56,029 nt of DNA from assembly GCA_008632985.1 (NCBI GenBank), contig QPGO01000010.1, positions 868,001 through 924,029 of the forward strand, given 5' to 3'. The notes below the pieces were generated by a model that saw only the letters and a list, made by a program, of their open reading frames with translations, was not told the origin of the DNA and did no database searches. A program made the translations under genes and the position numbers. Positions 1 to 11,987 of this stretch are shown one piece after another. The stretch comes from Psammoneis japonica. Taxonomy: Eukaryota. Each line of letters begins with the position of its first letter. Position 1 is the first letter of the stretch.

Positions 1-3000
1 GATTTGTTGATGATCGGCTTTGTATAAAATATAATAATGGCATATTATTTTATACGGATCCATGCAATTATGTTTTTGCCAATATTTGGGTTGATTTTCA
101 TTCTTTATATTCGGGTGATACATCTCGTTATACTCTCGACGGTTACACGGTGCACTCGACTTGATCGATTCAGATTTCGAACAAGAGTTCGGGTCCATCT
201 CAGCAGTCAGCTTGCATGGTCATGTTGTGACGTCTCTCCTCTCTATCGCTCGAACATTCGATCGAATCGATGGAATGTCGTGTCCAGGCCACGGGCCAGG
301 CAGGAGGTTTTCCTGCAGTGCTCGACTCTCGTCATGAACGTGCCTTGCACTTCTCACCCAAAAGAGCAAACAGAGAAAGATCGCAGCAGAGTGAGAAAAA
401 AGCCACAAAAAAGAAAAAACAACCCAATGACAATGCTGCACTCTCTCTTTTTCCTTTCCCAATCTCTCTGTGCTCTGGCTTTGCTTGCCTGCTCTTGGTG
501 CTGCCATGCTTGGGTGCAATGGGAACTGCCTCAGCTGGAGCCAGCAGCCCGCAGAGAAATCTTGTGCATGGACAATGAACAAAAAAGGAGAAAAACTGGC
601 CAACTCAACAAAAGCACGGCCCTTGTGAGATGTGCCTTTGACTTTCAAGTGCAGGTGGTGCCTCCCAACTTGCTTTGTGGCTGGCTTTGCCTTGTGCCAC
701 ATTGTCTGTGCTTTTGATGACCCCACCCCCAGTGGCTTGTGCAGCAGCTGTGGTTTTTGTCAACTCACCTGTTTTCTTGCTGACATTTTTGACATTGACA
801 CACTTTGCCAAACACCTTGCCAACCCAAATTGCCAGCTGCTGCATCTGCCAATTTACAAGCAGAGGAGCTGCTGGCTGCTGCTGTTTGTGCCAGCATTCT
901 TGAGAGTGTTTTGCACTGCTGCTGGGGCTCCATTCCTGCTGCAGCTGCTGCTGCTCAGCATGTGCTGCCCACCAGTGCCTGTGGCAATGGGTGGTGGGGA
1001 TGATGAGATGATGTGCCAGAACAAGTGGGGCCTTCTTGTCACATCTTTTGTGCAGTGGTTTCTCAGCCTTCTTGTCCTGGCGGCACCTGTTTGTGTGTGT
1101 GGGAAGCATGAAGCACAAAGCATCACACAGGGGGCAAAGGTGCAGGGCAAGCTCCTGTCCATCCACGATCTTGCTTTTGAGGCCTTTTGCTTCTCTTTGG
1201 GACACTGATTTGGTGCCATGTGATGTGCTGTGCACTGCGTTTTGCTGCCAACAAGAAGAGCAAAAATTAAAATGAAATCTCCAAAAAAGAGATCTTCTCA
1301 TCCTCTCCCTCCCTCTCCACATGCAAAAATTTGCTTGCAACAAGGAGTGCTGAGGGCTGGAACAGCACACCATCTTGCTGCTGCAGGGAGCAAAGCTCTT
1401 TTTTTCTTTCCCAAAAAAAGGAAGCATGCACAAGAGAGAACTCCCCACAAAAAGTGAGAGTTTCTTGCTTTTTTTTGAGGGGGGGGGTTCATCTCAAGCA
1501 ACAAGTGTGCCACCCAAGAAAATGTGCAAGTGTGTGCAAATGTGCAGATCTGTGTCTTTTGGCTGCCTGCCACCTGGGCACCAAATCTCAATCTTTCTTG
1601 TCAAAGCTTGAAGGGGGGGGGGCTGGGATCATGTGCTTCTTCTCAAACTGTCACAACATTTCTCAGCACCCACGAGATGGCTCAGCCATCATTGTGACCT
1701 TGTGGCAGCCAGAGCAAGAACTGTGCAGCAGAGTGGCAGCAATTGATCTGATGTGATCTTGCTTGTTGTGTTCTTTTGGCAATGTGAAGAGGAGCACTTG
1801 CAGGCAGCTGGCTTGTGTTTGATTTTGGACAGAGCAAAAAATCGGCACAGCAGGTTTCCTCTCTGCAACTGTGGAAAAAGCCCCAAAAGAACAAAAATGT
1901 GCCAAAAATGCAAACTTTGCCACTGCATCTGTGCCATGTGTCAAATTTGGCCACACATTTCAGCTCCATGCTTTTGCCTTGGTGCTTGCTTCAGAGGTCT
2001 TGCAGCTTGCATTTGTGGTGCAACACAACACAAGAGAGCAAGTTGTTTTGTGACAAAAATGATCTCTTGCACTCTGCACATTGGCTGCTGCATTGCATCT
2101 TGTCACTTTTTTGCACCACAGATCACACTCAATCAATGTTGTTGATGACTGCATGCTGCTGAGTGCAGCATGCACAATGATGGCTGGCCAACAAAAATCA
2201 TCACAGCCACATTGTGCATCTGGCCAATTTCTGATTGCTGAGACTCTGACACATGCTTGTGTCACAAGGAGACACAACAGAGTTGCAAGATGGGGAGTCT
2301 GTGGGGTCTCTCCTGAGTCATCCTCAATCCAGCTGAAGGAATGCAGCCACACTGAGACCCAAAGTGAAGAACAGCAGGGCTGTCATCTGGGAACTTGGAA
2401 GGATCCAAAGCAGTGCCTTTGCCAAAGCAATGAGCAATTCTCAAGCCTCATTTGCAAAAGCAGCATTGTTGCAAGAAGCACAGCCATCGATCCCAGCCAA
2501 AAGGACTTGGAGGAGGGTCAAAGTTTGCCATCAACTGCTGTGACAAAGACTTGAGGCAAAAAAAAAGTTCAAATTTTTAAGTGCTGTCACTCCTTTGCCA
2601 GCTGTGCCCATGCCGGCTGGCCCACACTTCCAACGCACTGCACTGGTGTGGCAGAAGGGGACCAAAGACTTGAGGCAGTCAACAAGCAGCCGCGGTGCTG
2701 AGGGTGCACAAGATGCATGTCGCTGCACCAGCACTGGTCAGGGGAAGCCATGCAGCACAGCAGGAAAGAAAGACTCACTCACCATGTGCAACGAAGCTGT
2801 GCTTGGCCAATGTCCATGTTTGCAAAGATGTGATCAGAAGTTGGAGAGTCAAGCTGCTGCATGGCAAGTGGAGGAATGGAGACAGTGTCTCAAAGATGTG
2901 CACAGACAGAAGCACATCCCCAGAGCAGTCCTGTGATCCTGGCCAGGAGCACTTGGCAGAGAGAAAATTGTGCAAACAGAGTGTGCTCTGTGTGCTGTCA

Positions 3001-5599
3001 CAGCCAGGCATCTCAAAACATGTTTTTCTTGACTCTCAGCCAGTTCAAGCACAAGAGCAAACAGCTCTGCATCACTTGCTCAAGGCCAATGGCCTGCTCC
3101 AGCTCTGGGCGAAATGCTTTTGGACACTCACAATGCACTCCCAAAGAAAAGGGCATCTTTCTCAAACTCCTTCACCAAAATGTGAATTTCAAAAAAGAGT
3201 GGCACACACACACAGGAGTTGTGCGCAGCACAACATTTTGCATGTGACAACAAAGAGTCTCACTTTGTTTGAAAATGTCAAAATTGAAAAAACACATGGC
3301 AAAAGATGTGATTTTGCCAAATGCCCCAAAAACCATGTGATTTTGTGCCACCTGGAGCCAGAGCAGGCCCAAGGCAGAATGCTTCCACACAATTGATTCC
3401 CAGATTGCAAGGCACAAAGAAGCACAGAGGCAGGCTCTGCAGCAGGGTTGTCATCAGGGGTCTCAGAGAGCTCATCACCAGTGCTGCAAGAGAGTGTCGT
3501 CATCTGCCAAAAACATCGTTGACATGCAGAGCTTGAGCTCCTCTGGAAAACACATGGGAACATCTGATTTGCAAGGTGGAGGCCAGAGATGCTTTGCAAG
3601 GCTCATGAGCTCCAACAACTGCCAGCAACCAAAGAAAAAAGTGCTGAGACAAATGGAGCAGATGCTTGTCAAGGGACCACTGCAAAAATCACAGGACAGC
3701 CTTGATGGGCCAAAGGATGCAGGGGGCAAGCAAGTCAGTTTGCAACAGTTGTTGAGCCCTGCATGGAAACCAGCACATTTTTTGTGCAGAAAAACAAAGT
3801 CATTGCTGAAAAAATCTCAAGGCTCAATGCCAAACTCCCCACAGACACAAGATGCAAAAAGCAGCCATGCTCATGAGAGAGTGAGACAAGAAGCAGTGTC
3901 AAGGCTCATCTCCTTGTGTGGGTCATGTGCCATGTGCTCCACATCTGGCATGCTGACACAAAAAGCAAACAAGGGGGCAATGCACAGGCTTGGGCTCAAG
4001 AAACATTGTGGGGTCAGACACAAGACACAACCAATGCATGAGTCAAGGCTGCTTTCTGGCTGGTCCTGGCACTGTTGTCACCCTCACTTCACATGAACAT
4101 GGTGGCTCCCAACATGCAGGAAGGAGGAAGGGCTCACATCCTGGACAACCTGTGCTCAACTTCCCACCAACAACAATGTGTGCACTGCTGCATGACTGTG
4201 AGGAAAAGAAGTGTCCACCCCAAACTTGAAAATGAGCATTTTTGAAGCATGGTGGAGAAGTGCAAAGAGGAGCCCAGTTGAGCACTTGTGCCAAAGAGGA
4301 GAAAAGCAACTTGTGGCAGGCACAATGTCTGTGGTCAATGGGAAGAGATTAGAGCCCCATGCCCCAGTTCCTCAAACAAAGACCCCCCAAACATGTGGTT
4401 GTGGTGTGATGTCAAGGGCTCCAGTGCAAGGGACAAAACTTTGAAAGCACTGAGGAAGAGTGGACTGTCAACATGAGCCAGCGTGAGCTGTGGTGAGAAG
4501 AGAACAAAGCCAGGGCAGAAAACAAACAAGATGTCAAGAACTTTTTTGCTGCTGCCATGTGTGTGCAACAGCTGCAGCGGAGCACCTCCCTGCTCCTGAT
4601 TGCCATGCCATCCTGTTGCAGTGGCTCAACTGCTGCCACACATTGTGTTGGCTCCTTCCTCCTGCTTCACACAAACCCCCCAGGCTTTTTTGCAGCTGCC
4701 AATGTGCTCTGGCTCAAGGCAGGGCCTTGCACTGCTGTGCTGTGGCTGGACAGTTCTTTGATCATGTGCTGCATGTTGCAGCTTGTGCGCATGTTTCTGC
4801 ATGCAATCTTCAGCAAAAAATTTCACACACACCCTGTTTTGTGAAGCCAAAGGCTTTTCATTTCATCCACCCATTTGTGAGAACAAAGAAAACAGGCTGG
4901 GTGCATTTTCTTCAACATCTGAAGCAAACACCTTCAAGTGTGGAAAAGAATTTGCAGCTGGTGCACACTGGAAAATTGCTTCTTTTTCTGTTGGCAGTTG
5001 CTGCTGGCATTGTGCTTGCGCCTGGGGGTTGTGCCACAGAGATTGCGTGCAGAATTCCATGGGCTCAAGGTCACAGCACAGGGTCCCACCTGAAGCTGGA
5101 GCACATCTGTGCTGTGCTCATTGTGGTGCTTGAGCTGTGCTTTGAAGCCTGCTCAATGTTTTCTCAGAGTGCTGCTGCTCTCTGTGGGTTGTCAGTGTGG
5201 TGCAACTTGGGGCAAAACCCAAACACTCTGACATCTTGCACATTGAACATTGTGAAAACTGCACTGAGCTGTGGCCAGCACAAGCAAGAGTGACAAGCCA
5301 AGCTGCCTCATTTTTTTTTTCAAGAGGCTGCACACTGCACTCTCTTCTTGTTTGCCATGCTGAAAGTGCACCGCCTCTGATGAGTTTCAGCTTGTGGTGA
5401 CTTTGCTGAGAGCTCCTTGTTCCTCCACTCCTGTGCAAGCAACAGAAGAGCAGGCACCGCAGCAGAGCTTTTGCCTCACTCATTGCCATGTGCACCACTT
5501 TGCTCTTGTCACTTGTCTCACAAACACAAGCCCAACATGTCACAGGTTCACAGCAGGAGAATGACAGACAGACATGCATGGATCACCGGTGCAAACCAA

Positions 5600-5975
5600 C
5601 CTTGGACAAACCAATGACACAATGTGATTGTGTGTGTGTTGACTGCAACAAAAACTGACAAGAGTGCCGCACATTGGAAGTGACATGTTGCATGTGTGTC
5701 TGAATCATTGGACCACAAAACCTCAACAACAAAATTTTGCGATGGGAAACATGATCTTGACAATGGCAATTTAACGTGTCGCCATTGTCCACCATCTGTC
5801 CATCTGCCTCATCCTGTGTGTGCGCTGTTGCTTGCTCACAGCCTCCGAGAGCTTGGCATGAAGAAAAGATCCTTTCAATGACAGATGGACTGACACCATT
5901 CCGCGGTCCATCAAAAAATTTCATCCACAAAGTTGAACATCTTTCATTTGAGTCACCCGGCTTTGTCTTTCAGCG
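5600..5975 (+). repeat. Diverged paralog of the SIT upstream sequence (~9470-9657) and of 34690-34773
   Basis: GGACAAACCAATGACAC, GCGAT(A/G)GGAAAC.TGATCTT and GTCCATCAAAAAATTTCATCCAC.AAGTTGAACATCTTTCAT...GAGTCACCCGGCT are shared. Confidence 0.8.
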
Positions 5976-6188
5976 CACAGGCTCAGCAGACACACTGCTG
6001 GGCAGGACATCAGAAAATCAACATTTAAAACTGTTGAGAAACTTTTGCATCCCGCAAATGACATGATTTCAATGGACACACTTCCAGGTTTTTCCCAACA
6101 TTTGCCGGGGTCCTTTCTGTTTTGAGTGCTGATTTTGGGCATTTCACCAAGGCAAAGCATGACGACAATGATGGTCGAAATGCACTGC

Positions 6189-6282
6189 AATGCAAGTCAG
6201 GCCATCAAGCACCAACCATTGGAATCTCACAAAGTTGGTGTCATGTGAAACGGTGTTGGCGCTTGATGGCCCAACTTTCATT
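6189..6282. repeat. Imperfect ~28-bp inverted repeat with a 38-nt spacer
   Basis: GGCCATCAAGCACCAAC (6200-6216) pairs with GTTGGCGCTTGATGGCC (6255-6271) and can be extended outward. Confidence 0.8.
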
Positions 6283-7491
6283 TTGATGAAATTGCAGATG
6301 GCATGTTGTCATGGCTGATTTTTTTCTGTTGCCTCGCCAGGAAATGACAACATCAGCACAGAATTCTGCAGCCTTTTTGCATTGAGCAATCAACCATCAA
6401 TTTTTTTTTGGCAAGCATTTGAAGTGCCATTCATTGCAAGTCGACTTGCAATTTGATCAATTGAATGCACTGAGTCATTGTCTGCCACCAGCAATGGTCT
6501 TTGTGAGAATTGCAACAAGTTTCAAGGTCCCTGGCTCACATCAATGCAACATCAAAGGACACTGAGCTTCATGGCAGCAAGCATGTGACAAAAGACACTG
6601 TTGCAACACGCGACTGGGCCCCCAAAAGGATGGCAGATGCCATCCAGGTCATTCCCAGGCACAAGGACACCAAGCTCAGCAACAAAGAAAGGAGTGCCAC
6701 AGTGAAGAGATGCAAAATTGTTTGAAATGGTGTGCAGCTCTCACTTGGCAGAACACCCTGACAACATGGCAGTGCTGCAAAATGCCTTCAGGGCATCACT
6801 TCCAATTGCCGGCAAATTTTTGGCAAGGATTCAATGCAACTGAACATGCAACATCCTCAAGGAATCACATCACAAATTGCTTGGTGTCCGCAAAAATGAC
6901 GATGGTGCACTTCTGTGGCAAACAACTTGTTTGTTGACAGTTGCAGCTGCAACCATGTCAGGTGCTTTCTCAGTGACAGTCAAAGTGTGTGAGCATCAAA
7001 CAATGTCTGCAGTGTGAGCATCAAGAAATGTCTGCAGTGCCTGAGTTCTCGCCTCTTCATGAGCCAGACCAACTTTGAAACGTGCAGGCATCTCATCAGC
7101 AGATTTAGGTGGCACAACAACTGCACTGCCAATTCATCCACAGTCTTTTAAATCATCCACATGATCAAACTTGAACACTGGAGGTGGCGCAACTCCTCTT
7201 GCTTCTCGAAACAAAACCGCCCATCTTTGCGGTTCATGGCAACAACTCGAGAGGATGCCGAGATGAACTGAGAATCTGGAGCTGCTCAGCGGAAAGCCAT
7301 GTCTTTTCCTTTTTGCCAAACCTTCTGACTCCAATGTGACTTGTCTTTGTCTGAGTCCAGCATGTCATTGTAAATGTTGTCAGCTTCACATCATGCATGT
7401 CGCAACTTCGCGCATTGAAGAGGGGCAGGGTGATGTGTTTTCATCCCAGGTGAGAAACTTTTGGACACATCACGAGGTTTTCTACGTGTTT

Positions 7492-7997
7492 CTACATGAG
7501 ACGTACATTTAGCACCAAAAATCTCAGTAAAAAACGAGCTCCATGACAGTGAAAATGTGTTTTTCCATGTCTCGAACCACAAACCACAATTCGCGCAAAC
7601 CGAAAATGGCACCATGCCGTCGCCATGAACTCGTCCATTCTCACACCAACGGATGTTGTGACTGAGAAGGCAAGAATGCCGAGACAGGTCAACAAGACAA
7701 TGCTCAGTGCGATGATGTGGTTGAAAATTTGATCTTTGTTTTTTGTTGTGCCTTGTGGGTGGCCTTTTGACTCATGACATTTTTGATGCCTCTTTCTCTC
7801 TTCCTCAGCTTGCGAAGCGGGATTCTCATCAACGCGCTGCTCCATCCACTTGACACTGGATGCTGACAACGAAGAATGTTTCTATGACACATTGCTGTGA
7901 TTCTCATGATGTGTCGTCCGCACTTTGAGTCGTCATGGACGACGCTTTTGGGTCGCGCGACAACATCAGATTTCGCTGCCGACAAGAGAATCATCAT
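7492..7997 (-). pseudogene. Degenerate gene for a single-pass membrane protein
   Basis: WMEQRVDENPASQAEEERKRHQKCHESKGHPQG followed by the hydrophobic IIALSIVLLTCLGILAFSV. No Tyr, and frameshifted. Confidence 0.4.
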
Positions 7998-9860
7998 GTG
8001 TTCGGTTTTGAGGGTGTGTGAGGATAAAGAATCTCAGATGCAAGTGTGACAGTTTCATCATTGTAAAGCAGAACAACACCATTGGCGACATCTCAGTGTT
8101 GCAGCCATTTTATTTTATTCTAAGATAGAACCAGTCATTTTGAGCAGTGAAATTTTGTCAACATTTCATCTTTAACTCTGCTTGGGCATGTCAAATCACA
8201 TGACAACTGGGCACACATTGAACTTTGACGCCACTGTTTCAATCCCATTGTTTCATTCACCCAAGCATCCCACACAGGTCGACAAATCAGTCGATCTTTG
8301 AAATGGCCGATCGCACAAAAAAATCACGTGCGAAGTCAGTTCCCCCGATTTTTCTTGTGCAAATGACAGAGTTAGAATGCTGTTCTTTTTTGGCATGAGC
8401 TCTTTGTGCAATGAATGATGCACACATTCTTTCAAAGCAGTCAGATTCGGTGAAAGAAACAGTGGAACAGTCTCTCAAATGCACCAGAATGACAACAACG
8501 AGCAGACAGCTGTCAGTTTCACTCCAAAAATGCCGCTTTCGAGACAGCGCTTTTCTTGTGCGCACCCTTCAACCAATGAGAATGACGGCTGGCTTTTCAA
8601 AATGAACATGTCTGTGGAAAGAAGAAACGAAAAATCGGGGGAAAGTCCAGTCAGATTTGCTTGCACAAAAAGCACGGCGACGGAAAAGGGACAGATGAAA
8701 TGTCTCACCTCTGCATGCGCGTTTCTCACCTGGGATGAAAACACATCGGGTGATCGTGGCAACAAACAACAACAAACAACATTCAACAGCAACAACACGA
8801 TGACAACACTGAGTGCAAAGGCCGAGAACATTTTGCTCACGTTGGAGGGAGATGCTTCCAATGGATGCATCTCTGTGCAACTCCGCGTGACTCCAGCACT
8901 TTTGATTTGTGTTGCACCCACAATTTGAGGTCACACACAAAATGTGTTGAAGAACAACAAACATTTGATGTCAGTGAAATCCAAGCAGTCGGAGCACAGT
9001 GCCTTGCCTGTTGAATGTCTGAGCCTGTGTTCAGTGCAGCAGAAGTGTGCAAGTGCATTGTGCCAATCATTCGAAAATGTCGCAAGAGTCGCAGTTGGCA
9101 TTTTGCCCAAAGAAAAACACCAAATCATGCAGAAATGTGCACAATGTCATGCAAGAGGATGATCAGAGCTGGTAACTTTTCGGGAACTCAATTAAAATGT
9201 TATCTGACCAAAGGCATTTTGATTTACATGGTGAAGAGCAATGCCTTTGGTCAGATGACATTTCAATTGATTTCCCGAGAAGTTGACATTGGAATACGGA
9301 AGGTCGGACAGACTGACAATAATTGTTTTTGGCACTCTTCTACACAATTTCTACGTAATGACTCTGAGAGCCGTAATGATTCTACTACTAGCTAGTGGGG
9401 GCCTACGGTAGCTCTAGAGTAGAGGTACCGCAAGGTAGGGCCCTACCGCATGAAAAAACAGCAGCCGACCATGGACAAACCAATGACACCATGTGATTGA
9501 CTGACAGAAACTGACCAGAGCACATTATCAGTGATAGTAAATTTTATGCCTGTCTTAATCATTGTAGCATTTTATTTAAATCAATTGATTGCATACAAAA
9601 CCCCCAACGACTGAATTTCGCGATAGGAAACTTGATCTTAGAAACGACAAATTAACGCTTTAATAAATAATTGCGTCGAAAAGCGTTACACGAGAAAAAA
9701 ACACGCAAGAGGCACGCGGAGTGAGCGAGCCCCCTTTTCCCGCTCAAATCGCCTCGATCTCTCCCGCAGTAGAAAATCATCTCACTTTTTTTCTTTGCTG
9801 GGTCGACCAAGCTCCTTTCGTACATTTTTTTGTAAAGCAGTAAAGAAAAGTTTGTTCAAC

Positions 9861-11517
9861 ATGAGTGGTAAGTCTCTATCTCTCGTACGGAACTTGTTCT
9901 TTTCCTCTGCGTTGTTTGCTCATTCGCTCGTTCCTCCTTACAGAGAAATCGGACTTGCACAAAGCTCTCAGCATCTTCAAGATGTTCTACTCCACCGTTC
10001 TCCTTGTGTTCTCGCTGGTGATCGTTATGGGCTTGATCTTCACAAGGCAGACGGCGTGGTCCGAGCAATACCATCCTGCTCTTGCCTTTATTATCCTTTG
10101 GGTGATGTTGATTTGGCTCTCGTTCGTCGAGGGCGGACAGGCTTCGTTGGTTGGACTTCACCCGATTGACCGTGAGCTCTACAAGGACACCCACCCGATC
10201 GCTTACAAGGGCAATGCCATGACCCAACAGGGAGATAACCTCGATCGCTACCTTATGGGCCGTCAGTTCATGGTCATCTTTATCGTTTTCCTCATCAACA
10301 AGTGTGGAGCCCCCATCGAAGGTGCTGAACTCTGGGGATTGCCTAAGTGGATTGTCGACATCTTCCTTGTCACCGGATTCGCCATGATCCTCTTTACGGC
10401 ACAGGTCGGGCAGTTGCAGTCGCAGGTCAACGCATCGCTCTGTATGCTTGACTACTTCAACGATTATGCAAACCTCTTCACGCTCTACACTGCCAGGGCG
10501 ATTGAATTCACTGGTCTCATGCACTTCTCCTACTTTATCCAGATTTGTGTTGGATACCTTGCTGGCAAGCCCATCGAATCCAAGGAGCCTCCGCGCAGCA
10601 CCGGTCAATCTCTTTTCTTCTGGTTCCGTGTCCTTGTCTCGTTTGTCGTCCTCGGCTTTGCCTTGGCAGTCACCCTATCTGCTCTTTTCCAAGGACAAAC
10701 CACCATGTGGGACGGTGTTCCCGAGGCAGTTGCCGTGATTCTTTTCTTCCTCCTCATGTCTGTCGTTGGTATGCTCGAAGGTATGCAGATTGCCTTCTTT
10801 GCCGTCGCCAAGCTTACCAAGGACGAGCGTGGAAGAGCCAAGTGTGCCAAGATGACTTGCGACCTCCTCTACAAGGGCAGGGGACACAACCTTCCCAATT
10901 TCATGATTGGCCGTCAGCTCAGTGTCGTGTCTTGCTTCTTCATTATCTCTCGTGTCACCACTGTCTCGATGGACGAGGGCAAGGGCAACCTGTGGGGTGT
11001 TAGCGATGGACTCCAAGAACTCTTTGAAACTGGTTTCCTTGGTGCCACCATTACTACCATTCTCGGATCCATCTCGTGGCAGCTTGTCGCGTCTGCCTTT
11101 CCCATTGCCTTTTTGTCAAACCCCATCACCTACCTGTTCCTCCGCATCTGTCTATTTTTGGAGGCCACCGGTATTTGCTCTGGAGCATGGTTCCTTGCCA
11201 AGATTGACAAGAAGGTCCGAGGCTTTAAGCGTGACGAAGTTTACATTGGCACTGCTGAGGAACGTGCTGCGCGCAAGGGCGGCAAAGAAGACGAAGAAGA
11301 AAGTGTCGAGGCTGGCCATTTGTACCCGGCTGTTCCACTCTTGCCCAAGGACGTAGAATACAATGACCTCTCTCTCGATCAAATCGAAGAACTCGAGGGC
11401 GAGATTGATGAACACATGAAGGAACTGCAGGAGCGCAAAGCCGGTTTGTCACTGCAGAAACAAAAGCTGATGAATCCTGACGGTTCAAGCGGCACTGCTG
11501 ACATTGAAGAACCCTAA
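9861..11517 (+). CDS. SIT: Diatom silicon (silicic acid) transporter, 2 exons (9861-9867, 9944-11517), ~526 aa
   Basis: Polytopic membrane protein with the SIT signature motifs EGGQ, GRQ, EGMQ and GRQ, the CMLD motif, and an acidic C-terminal coiled coil (LSLDQIEELEGEIDEHMKELQERK). ATG AGT G|GTAAGT...TTACAG|AG AAA splices in frame to MSEKSDLHK. Stop TAA at 11515-11517. Confidence 0.97.
9868..9943 (+). other. 76-nt GT-AG spliceosomal intron of SIT (copy B equivalent 35379-35454)
   Basis: GTAAGT donor, pyrimidine-rich body, branch-like GCTCAT and TTACAG acceptor. Removing it joins the only nearby ATG to the long ORF in frame. Confidence 0.85.
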
Positions 11518-11987
11518 GAGGGGATTCCCATCTATAATATCTAGGCCCCACACATATGGCGCCCTTTCGATGTTGGTAGTATTTGCCTTTGTTCATAACA
11601 CAATGGCACAACATTTGCGTAATCCACCCGAATAAAATAATTTGACATTGTTTTGGGACACTTTTTATTTTACTAGTGCCATGGTCTTCATTTATCATCG
11701 GCCAGGAGAAGAAACAAGTAGGCCCTTGTGGTGTTGGGAGCTAGTAAAGATACGTCCTACTGTAGTTTCGCCACCGGACCGGTTTAGCGCAGCAGATTTG
11801 ACACAAGCACCCTAAGGGTTCCCATCTATATCTAGGCCCCGCACTTTCTATTTTACTAGTGCCGTGGTTTTCATTTATTATCGGCCAGGAGAAGAAACAA
11901 GTAGGCCCTTGTGGTGTTGGGAGCTAGTAAAGATACGTCCTACTGTAGTTTCGCCACCGGACCGGTTTATCGCAGCAGATTTGACAC
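11511..11987 (+). repeat. Local direct duplication of the SIT 3' end and downstream sequence (~11661-11805 repeated at ~11844-11987; ~11511-11553 echoed at ~11809-11843). Also present in copy B
   Basis: TTTTACTAGTGCC...GCCAGGAGAAGAAACAAGTAGGCCC...GCAGATTTGACAC occurs twice, and ACCCTAAG..TTCCCATCTATA..CTAGGCCCC occurs twice. Confidence 0.9.

Larger units (their letters stand above)
150..9170. other. TpA-depleted, TG/CA-enriched degenerate repeat/TE domain
   Basis: TA is very rare by eye apart from small islands (~7480-7530, ~8060-8175). ORFs are nearly Tyr-free and end in TGA. Confidence 0.9.

Noticed and set aside
6985..7040. 27-bp tandem duplication (GTGTGAGCATCAA..AATGTCTGCA, twice)
   Set aside because: An ordinary slippage duplication with no further structure.
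9381..9400. Helitron 3' end (CTAG)
   Set aside because: CTAG is present, but the hairpin lies downstream rather than ~11 nt upstream, and no Rep/helicase remnant was recognised.
9865..9943. N-terminus MVSLYLSYGTC... of the 550-aa SIT ORF
   Set aside because: It starts at GTG and runs through the intron. The spliced start at ATG 9861 is better supported.
9856..11698. Antisense and alternate-frame ORFs over SIT
   Set aside because: Shadow ORFs of a codon-biased gene, with no recognisable motifs.
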